Below are positions 45,469-56,072 of a stretch of DNA of 64,000 bases, piece by piece. Numbering within the stretch: position 1 is the first letter of the stretch; every line of letters starts with the position of its first letter. This stretch comes from an uncultured bacterium. Its GTDB lineage: Bacteria; Patescibacteriota; Minisyncoccia; Phycocordibacterales; GWA1-40-21. A program made the translations under genes and the position numbers. The stretch spans positions 405,015 to 469,014 of the forward strand of contig CAWDSG010000002.1 in NCBI GenBank assembly GCA_963804975.1. The letters run 5' to 3'. The notes beneath the pieces are model-generated. The model searched no databases. It saw only the letters and a program-made list of their open reading frames with translations, and was not told the DNA's origin.

Positions 45469-47400
45469 ATGAAAATTCTGGAAGTTATTCCAATTTCAAA
45501 AGGAATCACAATGGAAACGCTTACGTATTTTACCGGAAGCGATGTTCCCGCTGGTTCCGTGGTAAAAGTTCCGCTCAGGAAAAAAGCGATTTCGGCAATC
45601 GTCCTGTCCGTCAGAGAGGCGGAAATCATGAAGTCGGAAATAAAAAAATCAGCATTTTCGCTGAAAAAAATCGAAAAGATAAAACATTCAAATTTGCTTA
45701 GAAAAGAATTTGTGGAAGCATCGGTGGATACGGCCGAATATTATGCCGGCTTTACCGGAGCTGTACTTGGTTCAATGATTCCTAAGGTTTTTTTCGAAAA
45801 TCTGGACAAGCTTAAAATCCCAAAAAGTGAAGTTTTAGCCGAAACGCCAAAAGCTGCGGAAAAATTCGCCATCCAATCAAATGACGAAGACAGATACGCC
45901 CATTATAAAAGCATTATTCGGGAAGAATTCGCAAAAAACTATTCCGTGTTTTTCTGTCTGCCGACAATTCAGGATATTAAAAAAGCAACTGAGACCTTGA
46001 AAAAAGGAATTGAACATTACACCTTTACGCTTCATGGACTGATGAAAAAGAAAGAAATCATAGAAATTACAAATAAAATCCTCAAAGAAAAACATCCTAT
46101 TTTGATAATCGCCACAGGCGCATTTTTGAGCATTCCAAAAGAAAAAATCGGCACGATAATAATAGACAAGGAAAATTCGCGGGCTTACAAGCAGCAGACA
46201 AGACCATACATTGACATCAGAAATTTCGCTGAAGCATTCGCAAATAAAATAAAAGCAAAAATAATTTTCGGCGACCTGCTTCTGCGCGCAGAAACGATAT
46301 ACCGATACAAAAAAGGAGAGCTGATAGAAATCGCTCCGCTCAAATTCCGTTCGCTCACTACTTCAAATGAAGTGCTTATAGATATGAAGCAAAAAAAGAC
46401 GGGCAAAAATGATGAGAAAGAAACAAAAAAAGACGAATTCAGGATATTCAGTCCGGAGCTTGAGAAAAAAATAAAGGAAAATATCGAGAATAACGAGCAT
46501 ATGTTCATTTTCACCGCAAGGCGAGGCCTTTCCCCTTCCACACTCTGCTCCGATTGCGGAAATATAGTCAAATGCAATTCTTGCGGAGCTCATGTAGTTT
46601 TGCACCTACCTAGCCGGCAGGCAGGTAAAGCGACGGAGAATTTCTTTTTGTGCCACAGATGCGGAGAAAGAAGAAGTGCAAATGAAAAATGCGTAAACTG
46701 CGGAGGATGGAAGCTTGCAACGCTTGGAATCGGCGCAGAACTGATTGAAGAAAAATTGAAGGAAATGTGCCCAAAATGCAAAATCTGGAGATTGGATGCC
46801 GATGTTGCCAAAACCCACAAAAAAGCCGGAGAGATTGCGGAAAAATTTTACAATTCTCCGGAAAGCATTCTGATCGGAACGGAAATGGCGCTTCTTTATC
46901 TTTCAAAAAAAGTTGAAAATTCCGCCGTGGTTTCCATGGATACTTTTTTCTCAATCCCCGATTTCAGGGTAAACGAAAAGGTTCTGAATATTCTGCTGAA
47001 AATACGCGCTATTACGGACAGAAGTCTGATAATACAGACCCGCGACAGCTCGCAGAAAGTTTTCAACTACGCTTTGACCGGGAATTTGATTGACTTCTTC
47101 AAAGATGAAATTGACGATAGGAAAGCTCTCGGCTATCCGCCATTTTCAACTCTCATAAAAATATCCGTTTCAGGTTCCAAAGAAGACGTTTTGAAATCCG
47201 CGGAAGATTTGCAAAAAACTATAGAACCGTACGAAATGGATGTATTCCCCGCGTTTATTCCGCAGAAAAAAGGAAAATGCGGCATAAATGGAATAATAAA
47301 AATCCCAGGAGGAAAATGGCCCGACAAAAATATTTCCGAAAAACTGAAATATCTTCCGATGAATTTCTCCGTGAATGTGGATCCGGATAGTTTATTGTAA
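45469..47400 (+). CDS. priA: primosomal protein N' (PriA) with degenerate helicase motifs
   Basis: N-terminal 3'-binding domain, Cys-rich zinc-binding region (CSDCGN..CNSCGAH..CHRCGE..CVNCGG), RRG and GTEM motifs. Walker A is absent and the DEEH box reads IIIDKENSRAYKQ. ORF track start at 45433; the Met at 45469 is more likely. Confidence 0.8.
   Translation: MKILEVIPISKGITMETLTYFTGSDVPAGSVVKVPLRKKAISAIVLSVREAEIMKSEIKKSAFSLKKIEKIKHSNLLRKEFVEASVDTAEYYAGFTGAVLGSMIPKVFFENLDKLKIPKSEVLAETPKAAEKFAIQSNDEDRYAHYKSIIREEFAKNYSVFFCLPTIQDIKKATETLKKGIEHYTFTLHGLMKKKEIIEITNKILKEKHPILIIATGAFLSIPKEKIGTIIIDKENSRAYKQQTRPYIDIRNFAEAFANKIKAKIIFGDLLLRAETIYRYKKGELIEIAPLKFRSLTTSNEVLIDMKQKKTGKNDEKETKKDEFRIFSPELEKKIKENIENNEHMFIFTARRGLSPSTLCSDCGNIVKCNSCGAHVVLHLPSRQAGKATENFFLCHRCGERRSANEKCVNCGGWKLATLGIGAELIEEKLKEMCPKCKIWRLDADVAKTHKKAGEIAEKFYNSPESILIGTEMALLYLSKKVENSAVVSMDTFFSIPDFRVNEKVLNILLKIRAITDRSLIIQTRDSSQKVFNYALTGNLIDFFKDEIDDRKALGYPPFSTLIKISVSGSKEDVLKSAEDLQKTIEPYEMDVFPAFIPQKKGKCGINGIIKIPGGKWPDKNISEKLKYLPMNFSVNVDPDSLL
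46605..46626 (+). repeat. GC-rich palindromic element copy (CCTACCTAGCCGGCAGGCAGGT), in frame in priA between zinc-finger cysteines
   Basis: Encodes HLPSRQAGKA. Confidence 0.6.
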
Positions 47401-47403
47401 AAA

Positions 47404-47476
47404 AACAAGCGCAATTAAAAAAATTCTCCGAGAACTGTTTGAACGAAGTGAGTTTTCGAGGAGAAATTTTTTAATT
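47404..47476. repeat. hairpin-embedded conserved-core element, copy 5 (22-bp IR around core GAGAACTGTTTGAACGAAGTGAGTTTTCGAG)
   Basis: AACAAGCGCAATTAAAAAAATT ... AATTTTTTAATTGCGCTTGTT, between the convergent priA and ftsQ stops. Confidence 0.8.
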
Positions 47477-47493
47477 GCGCTTGTTTATATTAA

Positions 47494-48345
47494 TTAATTT
47501 TTACACACTGCAGCAGGACTGCATACAACCCTGTTTCCGTAACGCAAATCAACATAATTTATTTTTGCAAGCGATGCTTTGTCCATTTTGATAAATCCGT
47601 CATTTACAAGCGCCTGCAAATTTATCAATGATTGTCCGAATGTTTTTTCGTCATTGAGCAAAATCTTGCCTCCATTTTGCAAATAAACTTGATATGTATG
47701 AGCATCAACCGCATAAAAATACTCCGGATAAAAATCAAGCTGGCTCAAAGCTCCGATAAAAGCTGAGATTTCGGCAAATCTATGGCTGTCAAAATAAAAT
47801 TCTCCTATCGGATTTTGATTCGTTATCATGCCGAAATATTCAGGAAACGCGCTTATCACCGTTGAACTTGCAAACACAAAACCTGTCTTATCCATCAGAA
47901 AACAATTTCCCGGCACATCCGGAGTGCCTCCGCACCAATGATTTTGGGCAACCCGCTCGGACACTTTAATTTCTATATCATTTAAATTTTTGAATGATAT
48001 TTTTACCGAATTTATTGTTTTTATATCGCTCAAAATCTGATTTTTAATATCATTTCTTTCCAAAAGCAAATAATTATCTGTCGGAATAATCAGCAGATAT
48101 CTTTTGTTAAGCTCCGCATTCACAATCGCCGAAATTTCACTGCTTGATACGGATGAATTGCCGGCAATGGAAACATTCCGTATCCGCACCTTATCCGAGG
48201 TAAGTCCGAGAATGCACAGCGAAATGAGAAATAAAATATAAAGAGCCGAGAGGCCGATTTTTCTTATGCGGCTCAATCTCCTCTTTTTCCTCAAGGATTG
48301 GTTTATATTTGATCGCTGCTGCATAGCGAATTTATTTCTTTCCAA
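47494..48345 (-). CDS. ftsQ: FtsQ/DivIB-like cell division protein (POTRA domain)
   Basis: N-terminal basic region plus TM, POTRA-like segment; typical bitopic layout. Confidence 0.5.
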   Translation of the reverse strand: MERNKFAMQQRSNINQSLRKKRRLSRIRKIGLSALYILFLISLCILGLTSDKVRIRNVSIAGNSSVSSSEISAIVNAELNKRYLLIIPTDNYLLLERNDIKNQILSDIKTINSVKISFKNLNDIEIKVSERVAQNHWCGGTPDVPGNCFLMDKTGFVFASSTVISAFPEYFGMITNQNPIGEFYFDSHRFAEISAFIGALSQLDFYPEYFYAVDAHTYQVYLQNGGKILLNDEKTFGQSLINLQALVNDGFIKMDKASLAKINYVDLRYGNRVVCSPAAVCKN

Positions 48346-49609
48346 TAACTTCTTTTCCGCCCATGTATTTTTGCAAACCTTTTGGAATTTTTATGCTTCC
48401 GTCCGCCTGCTGATTATTTTCCAAAATCTGGATCAATATTCTCGGAGTGGCAATAGCGGTGTTATTCAAAGAATGGACGAATTTTGATTTGCCGTCCGCA
48501 TCTTTGTATTTTATATTCAATCTTCTCGCCTGAAAATCATGGAAATACGAGCAAGAATGCGTTTCGCCATATTTATTCTTTGACGGCATCCATGTCTCAA
48601 TATCATATTTTTTCACCTGCCCTTGGCCGAGATCGCCTCCGCAATTTACAACCACTCTGTAAGGCAAATCCATCGCCTGCAAAATTTCTTCGGCATTTTT
48701 CAAAAGTTCCTCGTGAAATTTCACGGATACCTCGTGCGACGCTTCGCAAAGTATCACTTGTTCAAATTTCATAAATTCGTGCAAGCGATAAAGACCTTTG
48801 ACATCCTTGCTGTAGCTTCCCGCTTCCCTTCTGAATGCCGGAGAAAACGCGAATTTTTTCATTGGCAAATCTTTTTTATTCAAAACTTTGTCTGCAAAAT
48901 AACCCATTGTGGCAACTTCCGCCGTGCCGGCAAGATAATCGTTATCTTGTGTTTTATACAAATCATCTTCTCCTTGCGGCAGATATCCTGTACCAAATAA
49001 TGTTTCTTTTCTGACAAGCGACGGGACCATCATAAATCCATAATCGCTTTTTTTCTCCCTGAAAATATCTATCGCAAGCTGCCAGACGGCAAATGCAAGC
49101 TCAGCTCCTTCGTTTTTCAAAAAATATCCGCGGAATCCGGCTACTTTTGTCCCCGCTTCAAAATCGGCAAGGTCGTGCTTTTCCATGAGTTCAATATGGT
49201 CTTTCGGCTTGAAATCGAATTTTGGAATCTTGCCCCAAACTTTTATTTCCTTGTTGTCGGCATCGGAATCGCCTTTAGGCACGGATACATCCGGAATATT
49301 CGGAACTTGAAGCATCAGCATTTGCCAGTTTTTCATCACTTCTTTGAGTTTTTCTTCCTCTTTCTGAAGTGCTTCTTTCAGAATTTTCATCTGGCTAAGC
49401 AATTCTTTTTTTTGTCCTTCGTCTTTTAAATCAGGCAAACGGAAAGAAACCTCATTCTGCTCAGCTCTCTTTTTTTCTATTGAAGTCAGCAATTCCCTTC
49501 TTTTGTCGTCTACGGAAATCAAATCGTCCACATTAAACTTAATGTGCTTTTTCCTGGCGCCTTCCGTGATTAATTCTTTGTTTTCTCTGATGAATTTGAT
49601 ATCAAGCAT
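48332..49609 (-). CDS. serS: seryl-tRNA synthetase
   Basis: N-terminal coiled-coil arm (MLDIKFIRENKELI...) plus class II core, 425 aa. Confidence 0.9.
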   Translation of the reverse strand: MLDIKFIRENKELITEGARKKHIKFNVDDLISVDDKRRELLTSIEKKRAEQNEVSFRLPDLKDEGQKKELLSQMKILKEALQKEEEKLKEVMKNWQMLMLQVPNIPDVSVPKGDSDADNKEIKVWGKIPKFDFKPKDHIELMEKHDLADFEAGTKVAGFRGYFLKNEGAELAFAVWQLAIDIFREKKSDYGFMMVPSLVRKETLFGTGYLPQGEDDLYKTQDNDYLAGTAEVATMGYFADKVLNKKDLPMKKFAFSPAFRREAGSYSKDVKGLYRLHEFMKFEQVILCEASHEVSVKFHEELLKNAEEILQAMDLPYRVVVNCGGDLGQGQVKKYDIETWMPSKNKYGETHSCSYFHDFQARRLNIKYKDADGKSKFVHSLNNTAIATPRILIQILENNQQADGSIKIPKGLQKYMGGKEVIGKK

Positions 49610-49663
49610 AAAATATTTGATTCGTATATATTATATTAACAATAAATGTTAGAATAAACAACA

Positions 49664-50536
49664 ATGCTCAATAATTTTAAAACGGAGACACTCATCGGCA
49701 AAAATATTCCGAAAAAACTCCGTGAAATTTCCGATGCTCCGAAGAAATTATATCTGCAAGGAAAACTTCCCTCGCCGGATACCAAAATCCTCTGCGTCGT
49801 TGGTTCCCGCAACTATACATCCTATGGCAAAGATGCGTGCGAAAAACTCATTGCCGGGCTTGCCGGATATGATATCTGCATTGTTTCAGGTCTTGCGCTT
49901 GGAATAGACGCTATTTCGCATAAAGCCGCGCTTCTCGCAGGATTAAAAACTGTTGCAATTCCCGGTTCCGGACTTGATCCGTCCGTTTTGTACCCAATTA
50001 CGAATAAAAATCTCGCGGAAAAAATCCTTGAGGCCGGCGGAGCGCTGCTTAGCGAATTTGAACCGACTTTCCGCGCCACCCCATATAGCTTCCCTCAAAG
50101 AAACAGGATTATGGCCGGGATATCCGACGCCACGCTTGTTGTGGAAGCCGAACTTAAATCCGGGACTTTAATCACTTCAAAATACGCGACCGAATACAAT
50201 CGCGATGTGCTCGCCGTCCCTGGTTCTATCTTTTCCAAAAATTCTGACGGACCGCATATGCTCATCCGCCTTGGCGCCACTCCGGTGCGGACGAGCGAAG
50301 ATATTTTGGAAGCTCTTGGCTTTAAAGTGGAACAGAAAATAGAAAATCTGAAATTGAAATATGCCGATTGCTCGGATGAAGAAATGCTTATCGTCAAACT
50401 TTTGGCAGAGCCGCTTCAAAAAGACGAGCTTATCCGCCAATCAAAAATGCCGATTTCCAAAGTTAGCGGAGTGCTTTCAATAATGGAAATTAAAGGTTTG
50501 ATAAAAGAAAGTATGGGAGAGATAAGATTAGTTTAG
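49664..50536 (+). CDS. dprA: DNA processing protein DprA (Smf)
   Basis: VVGSRNYTSYGKDACEKLIAGLAGYDICIVSGLALGIDAISHKAALLAG Rossmann-like DprA signature. Confidence 0.85.
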   Translation: MLNNFKTETLIGKNIPKKLREISDAPKKLYLQGKLPSPDTKILCVVGSRNYTSYGKDACEKLIAGLAGYDICIVSGLALGIDAISHKAALLAGLKTVAIPGSGLDPSVLYPITNKNLAEKILEAGGALLSEFEPTFRATPYSFPQRNRIMAGISDATLVVEAELKSGTLITSKYATEYNRDVLAVPGSIFSKNSDGPHMLIRLGATPVRTSEDILEALGFKVEQKIENLKLKYADCSDEEMLIVKLLAEPLQKDELIRQSKMPISKVSGVLSIMEIKGLIKESMGEIRLV

Positions 50537-50787
50537 AAACTAAAAGTTTTTAAAGCAATAACGACCCACAAAATAAAAAATAATATTGCTAGTTCTCCAA
50601 TAAAAAACATGACTGTTTTAAAACTAATTATTTTCCCTTCTTTCTTTACTTGTTTTATATGTCCAGAAATAAGACTCACGAATAAATATATAAGAATTAA
50701 ACCTATCAATAAAATAATTGGCATTGTTTTTAAAATTATTATAAATACTAATAAGTTAATTATACCAAAATTTGCATAAAATAACAT
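50533..50787 (-). CDS. hypothetical small membrane protein (84 aa)
   Basis: ORF track; two predicted TMs. Confidence 0.35.
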   Translation of the reverse strand: MLFYANFGIINLLVFIIILKTMPIILLIGLILIYLFVSLISGHIKQVKKEGKIISFKTVMFFIGELAILFFILWVVIALKTFSF

Positions 50788-50809
50788 TTATGTGTAATAC
50801 TAGGGTGCA

Positions 50810-52978
50810 ATGAAACTTTTAATTGTAGAATCACCGTCGAAAGCGAAGACGATAGAAAAATATTTGGATGGAAAATATACCGTCAAAGCGTCTGTCGGAC
50901 ATATTCGGGATTTGCCAAAATCCAACAAGAAAGCCATTGATATAGAAGGCGGTTTTATTCCTCATTACGAAATCAGCCCAGGCAAAGAGAAAATCGTTTC
51001 CGAAATAAAAAGCTTGGCAAATAAAGCCGATGAGGTCTTGCTTGCAACCGACCCTGACCGAGAAGGAGAAGCTATAGCTTGGCATATCAAAGAAGCCGTC
51101 GGACTGAAGAATCCGAAAAGAATCCGTTTCCATGAAATTACAAAAGATGCGATAAAAGAAGCGATTCAGAATCCTACCGAAATAGACGACAACCTAAGAA
51201 AAGCGCAGGAAGCAAGAAGGGTTTTAGACCGCCTTGTCGGATATGACCTTTCCGGACTTATTTGGAAAAAAATCCGCTACGGACTTTCCGCGGGGCGCGT
51301 ACAATCACCTGCACTTCGCATCGTAATGGAACGCGAGAGAGAAATCCGCGCATTCAAACCGGAACAGTTCTGGGTTATTGAAGCCGATACCGAAACAAAA
51401 AAAAGAGAAAAAATAACTTTGACCTGCGATAAAGAACCTCGCGACATAAAAGAAGTTGAAAAAATACTTGAAATCGGAAATAAAGAAACTTGGACTGTAA
51501 AAGACGTTACAGAAACCGAGACAAAAAGAACTCCAAAAGCGCCGTTCACCACTTCCACTCTCCAGCAAGCGGCAAGCACCCGCCTCGGCTACGCTCCGTC
51601 AAATACTATGCGCATAGCGCAAAAACTTTACGAAGCCGGACTTATCACTTATATGAGAACCGACAGCACAAACTTGGGCGCTACAGCACTGGATCAGATC
51701 GGCGCAGTTGTCTCCAAAAAATACGGGGTAAATTATGCAAAAAGAAATATTTATATTACAAAAAGCAAAAACGCGCAGGAAGCGCACGAAGCGATAAGGC
51801 CGACAGATGCGAGCCGTGAAATCGCCGGACACGCAGATGACCAGAAAAAGCTTTACCGCCTTATTTGGCAAAGAGCTGTTGCATCGCAAATGTCTGATGC
51901 AAAAATATTGAGGACAAAAATTATCGCTCAAGCCGGCGTTGACAAAGAAATTCCCACTTTTTCAATAAACGGTTCACGCACGCTTTTTGACGGATGGCTT
52001 AAAGCGGATCCGGATGCCCGCGGAGAGGATGTTGAATTGCCAAAAGTGGAAATCAATGAGATTTTGAAGCTTTTGGATATTCGTTCGGCAGAAAAATTCA
52101 CAGAACCTCCTTCAAGATACACCGAGGCCGGGCTCATCAAAGAACTTGAAAAAAGAGGAATCGGCAGACCTTCAACATACGCCACGATTATGAAAACTCT
52201 TGATGAGAGGGGTTATACGACAAAAGAAGGAAAAACTCTGATACCGACGGACACGGGCGATGTGGTAAGCACTTTCCTTGAAAATAATTTTGCAAATTAT
52301 ATAAGCGACACTTTCACGGCAGAAATGGAAGACGAGCTTGACGATATCGCAACCGGCAAGCGAGAATACGTAAAAACCTTGAAAGATTTTTACGGGCCAT
52401 TTTCAAAAGATATAAAAGCAAAAGACAAGATCGCAAAAGTGACAAACTTGGGTGAAGCCGATAAAAAATATAAATGTCCTGTCTGCGGCGGCCCGATGGT
52501 CATCAAACTTTCAAAGAACGGGAAATTCTTGAGCTGCAAGAAATACCCGAAATGCATGGGCGCGAGAACAATCACCGGTGAAGAGCTTGAAGGGCCGAAA
52601 GAAACCGGCGAGATGTGCCCGGAATGTAAAGACGGCAAACTCATAGAACGAGAAGGAAAATTCGGCAGATTCGTGGCTTGTTCAAATTATCCGAAATGCA
52701 AATATATAAAAAAAGACGCGATTACGCAAAATACCACGGGAATAAAGTGTCCTGTCTGTAAAGCTGGAGAGATGACGGAGCGAAAAGGAAGATTTGGAGT
52801 ATTTTACAGCTGTACGAATTACCCGAAATGCAAATATACCATAAAAGCAAAACCGACCGGCAAACTCTGCCCTACTTGCGGAAGTTTGATGATGGAAGGC
52901 ACAAAAACAATTCCTGAAAGATGCAGTGATGTAAAATGTTCGAACAATAGACCGGACAAGATTGAAAAGAAAAATTAA
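50810..52978 (+). CDS. topA: DNA topoisomerase I
   Basis: MKLLIVESPSKAKTIEKYLDG TOPRIM start and C-terminal tandem zinc ribbons (CPVCGG..CKKYPKC, etc.). Confidence 0.9.
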   Translation: MKLLIVESPSKAKTIEKYLDGKYTVKASVGHIRDLPKSNKKAIDIEGGFIPHYEISPGKEKIVSEIKSLANKADEVLLATDPDREGEAIAWHIKEAVGLKNPKRIRFHEITKDAIKEAIQNPTEIDDNLRKAQEARRVLDRLVGYDLSGLIWKKIRYGLSAGRVQSPALRIVMEREREIRAFKPEQFWVIEADTETKKREKITLTCDKEPRDIKEVEKILEIGNKETWTVKDVTETETKRTPKAPFTTSTLQQAASTRLGYAPSNTMRIAQKLYEAGLITYMRTDSTNLGATALDQIGAVVSKKYGVNYAKRNIYITKSKNAQEAHEAIRPTDASREIAGHADDQKKLYRLIWQRAVASQMSDAKILRTKIIAQAGVDKEIPTFSINGSRTLFDGWLKADPDARGEDVELPKVEINEILKLLDIRSAEKFTEPPSRYTEAGLIKELEKRGIGRPSTYATIMKTLDERGYTTKEGKTLIPTDTGDVVSTFLENNFANYISDTFTAEMEDELDDIATGKREYVKTLKDFYGPFSKDIKAKDKIAKVTNLGEADKKYKCPVCGGPMVIKLSKNGKFLSCKKYPKCMGARTITGEELEGPKETGEMCPECKDGKLIEREGKFGRFVACSNYPKCKYIKKDAITQNTTGIKCPVCKAGEMTERKGRFGVFYSCTNYPKCKYTIKAKPTGKLCPTCGSLMMEGTKTIPERCSDVKCSNNRPDKIEKKN

Positions 52979-53003
52979 AAAACCGCCTGAAAGCGGTTTT
53001 TTA
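52979..53003 (+). terminator. rho-independent terminator after topA (AAAACCGC-CTGAAA-GCGGTTTTTT)
   Basis: Seen directly. Confidence 0.7.
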
Positions 53004-53047
53004 ATTCCTTTATGGACTTTATGGATTTTTAATTTTATACTGATTAT

Positions 53048-54565
53048 ATGCCTTTGGAAGAAATCATAAAACTATTGGAATCGCCGCCGCAAAAAGACAA
53101 GGAGCTTATACAAAAAGCTTATGATTTTTCGCTGAAAGCTCACGAAGGACAGTTGCGAAAATCCGGAGATCCTTATTTCAGCCATGTGTTTGAAACAGTA
53201 AAAATTCTTGCCGAATTGAAGATGGATGCTCCCACTCTTGCTGCCGGATTTTTGCATGATGCGATAGAAGACGGTGTCGCTACGGAAGAACAGATACAAA
53301 AAGAATTTGGAGACGAGGTTTTGTTTCTGGTAAACGGCGTTACCAAGCTCGGCAAAGTCAGATACAAAGGCGCGGAAAAACACGTTGAATCCCTGCGAAA
53401 ATTTCTCGTGGCCACCGCGCAGGATATCCGCGTGCTTATCATAAAACTTGCGGACCGGCTTCACAATATGCGCACGCTTGAATTCGTGGACAAAGATAAA
53501 CAGAAAAAAATCGCTCTTGAAACATTGGAAATATACGCTCCCCTTGCTGACCGGCTTTCCATCAGGATGCTGTCCCGCGAACTTGAAGACCTGTCTTTCA
53601 AATATGTCCATCCGAAAGAATATGAGGAAACTTTCCAACTCATAAAAAGCAAAGAAAAAGAAGCTGCGCCGGTACTTGAAAAATTCCTTAAGACCGTCAA
53701 GAAAGCTTTAGCCGAAGAAAAAATCACCGACTTTAAAACGGATTACAGGCATAAAGGCATTTACAGCTTGTACAGGAAATTGATCAGGAAAGATTATCAG
53801 GTGGAAAAAGTTTATGACATTCTCGCGGCCAGAATAATGGTAAAAACAGTATCCGATTGCTACAAAGTTCTAGGAGTAATTCACAGCATTTTCAGGCCGA
53901 TACCGGGAAGAATCAAGGATTACATCGCTTATCCAAAACCGAATGGCTACCGAAGCTTGCATACGACTGTTCTTATCGGAGACGGTTCCTCGGTTGAAGT
54001 GCAGATAAGAACATATGAAATGCATTATGAATCGGAATATGGAATCGCTTCCCACATCTCTTATAAAAAATATGGTTCGAGAAATACCGCAGATTCGGAA
54101 AAAAGATGGTTTGCCAAATTTCTGCCGAAAATAATAAACTTTTCCAGAAATTCAAAAAATACCGATGAAAAAGAGACACCGAAATGGATAAAGGATCTGG
54201 CGGAATCCCAAAAAAACATCAAAACCGATTTGGAAAAAAACCAATTTATAAAAGATTTAAAATCAGATTTTTTCAGCGAAAGGATATTCGTCCTGACGCC
54301 CAAAGGCGACGTCATAGACCTGCCGATAGGATCAATGCCGGTTGATTTTGCTTATGCGATCCATTCAAATGTTGGAAACCATATGAGCGGAGTGAAAATA
54401 AACAATAAAATGGTCTCGCTTGATACGGAACTGAATAATGGCGATATCGTTCAAATAGTAACGAAGGAATCAGCGAAACCGTCTGCCAAATGGATGGATA
54501 TCGCCAAAACGAATATGGCAAAGCGCCATATAAGCAATTTTGTAGAAAAGAATCAAAGAAAATAG
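53048..54565 (+). CDS. rel: bifunctional (p)ppGpp synthetase/hydrolase Rel/SpoT homolog (short, no ACT domain)
   Basis: HD domain (HVFETVKILAELKMDAPTLAAGFLHDAIEDG), synthetase domain (YPKPNGYRSLHTTV), TGS domain. Confidence 0.85.
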   Translation: MPLEEIIKLLESPPQKDKELIQKAYDFSLKAHEGQLRKSGDPYFSHVFETVKILAELKMDAPTLAAGFLHDAIEDGVATEEQIQKEFGDEVLFLVNGVTKLGKVRYKGAEKHVESLRKFLVATAQDIRVLIIKLADRLHNMRTLEFVDKDKQKKIALETLEIYAPLADRLSIRMLSRELEDLSFKYVHPKEYEETFQLIKSKEKEAAPVLEKFLKTVKKALAEEKITDFKTDYRHKGIYSLYRKLIRKDYQVEKVYDILAARIMVKTVSDCYKVLGVIHSIFRPIPGRIKDYIAYPKPNGYRSLHTTVLIGDGSSVEVQIRTYEMHYESEYGIASHISYKKYGSRNTADSEKRWFAKFLPKIINFSRNSKNTDEKETPKWIKDLAESQKNIKTDLEKNQFIKDLKSDFFSERIFVLTPKGDVIDLPIGSMPVDFAYAIHSNVGNHMSGVKINNKMVSLDTELNNGDIVQIVTKESAKPSAKWMDIAKTNMAKRHISNFVEKNQRK

Positions 54566-54589
54566 CCGAGAATACATTTCGTACCCCGG

Positions 54590-54931
54590 CTATGATCGCT
54601 TCTCAGAGAAAAATCGTTTAATTTTTTTGTTTATTATTGTATCGATAAATTTTTCTTGTGCATCTATATCACCGTAAGGAATATTAAGATATTCTTTAAC
54701 AGTTTCTTCTCCATAAGATCTTTTTATTAAAGAAGTTATTGATTTTCTTGCATTAAGAAACTGATCTTGATAAAAAGACGCTGAAGAATATTCGAAAAAG
54801 CTTGAACGATTGGCTCTGTCTAAAAGATTCATGTATGTTTCCATATCCCAAACATACATTATAATTCTCATATCAATCAAACCCCGACAACGAAAAATCC
54901 ACACTAAATTCCATACCAAACATTTCATCAT
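54590..54931 (-). CDS. hypothetical protein (113 aa), AT-rich
   Basis: ORF track only. Confidence 0.3.
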   Translation of the reverse strand: MMKCLVWNLVWIFRCRGLIDMRIIMYVWDMETYMNLLDRANRSSFFEYSSASFYQDQFLNARKSITSLIKRSYGEETVKEYLNIPYGDIDAQEKFIDTIINKKIKRFFSEKRS

Positions 54932-55000
54932 TCTATACCCTCCAATTTAAAAGAGCTTTTTGCCAAGATTAATCTAGCACAATAATATATGTTCGTCTAT

Positions 55001-55996
55001 TTACAAGCTAAAATTCTTGACCGAATATAAGTCCTCGTCCTTTTTTTCCTGAATATCTTTTTCGTCGTTCATTTCAGTCGCTTCCTCATCATTAAGCTTC
55101 GGCTGCGATTCGACATTGCCGATTTCAGAAATATGCTTATCCAAAAGCTCGTCAACTTTTCTTTTTTTCTGGGAATTCAAAAGATCAAATATCGCCCTGA
55201 CATCGTCGTTTGAAAAGAAATCTATGATAATAGTCCCGCCGTTAAGGCCTTTCTCAATATGAACTCTTGTGCCGAGCGATTCGGCAAATTTTTCTTCAAG
55301 CGCGGTAAGCTCCGGATCAAACACGACTTCTTTTTTTCTGGCCTTCTCAACAGCGATTTTTCTGGCAATTATTTCCGCATCCCGCACGGTTATCTTTTTG
55401 TAAATAATTTCCTTGAATAAAGTTTCCTGCTCGTCCTTTCTGTCTATAAGCATCAGAAGCGGCCTTGTATGACCTTCAAGAATCTTGCCTTCGGAAATCG
55501 CCTGAAGCATGTGTTCCGGCAAAGACAAAATTCTCAAGCTGTTTGAAACATACTCCCTGCTTTTGCCGATTTTTTCCGCAATTTTGGTATGCTTCAAACC
55601 GAAATCATCCACAAGTTTCTGGAATGCTTTTGCCCTGTCCACGCAATTCAAATCTTCTCTCTGAAGATTTTCAATAATTGAAAGTTCAAGCTTCATCAGA
55701 TCGGATTCCTCGTTTGAGCGGATTACCACCGGAATTTGCGCTATACCCGCTATTTTTGACGCCCTTAATCTTCTTTCTCCGGAAATGAGCTCGTACTCGA
55801 CGGCAAGCCCGCCATCGGGTTTCTGAATTTCTTTTCTTGTGACGACTATCGGCTGAAGAACTCCGTATTGCCTGATGGATTCGGCAAGATCCCTTAATTT
55901 TGATTCGTCAAAATCTTTTCTCGGCTGAAAAGGGTTCGGTTTGACCTTATCAAGCTCAACCCAAAATATAGAATCGTTATAAAACTGTGAGGCCAT
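55001..55996 (-). CDS. parB: ParB/Spo0J-like partition protein
   Basis: KVKPNPFQPRKDFDESKLRDLAESIRQYGVLQPIVV...GERRLRASKIAG ParB box. Start Met ambiguous (55996 or 56014). No parA in window. Confidence 0.8.
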   Translation of the reverse strand: MASQFYNDSIFWVELDKVKPNPFQPRKDFDESKLRDLAESIRQYGVLQPIVVTRKEIQKPDGGLAVEYELISGERRLRASKIAGIAQIPVVIRSNEESDLMKLELSIIENLQREDLNCVDRAKAFQKLVDDFGLKHTKIAEKIGKSREYVSNSLRILSLPEHMLQAISEGKILEGHTRPLLMLIDRKDEQETLFKEIIYKKITVRDAEIIARKIAVEKARKKEVVFDPELTALEEKFAESLGTRVHIEKGLNGGTIIIDFFSNDDVRAIFDLLNSQKKRKVDELLDKHISEIGNVESQPKLNDEEATEMNDEKDIQEKKDEDLYSVKNFSL

Positions 55997-56072
55997 ATGG
56001 GAACATTTTATCACATAAAATAATTTAGTAAAAATTGATTTTTGTTAATAAATCGTATATTATTGGCCGGAA

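Noticed and set aside
54932-56072. parS site near parB
   Set aside because: Searched for the TGTTNCACGTGAAACA-type palindrome around parB and in the window. No convincing match. The only CACGTG lies inside mreB without the flanks.
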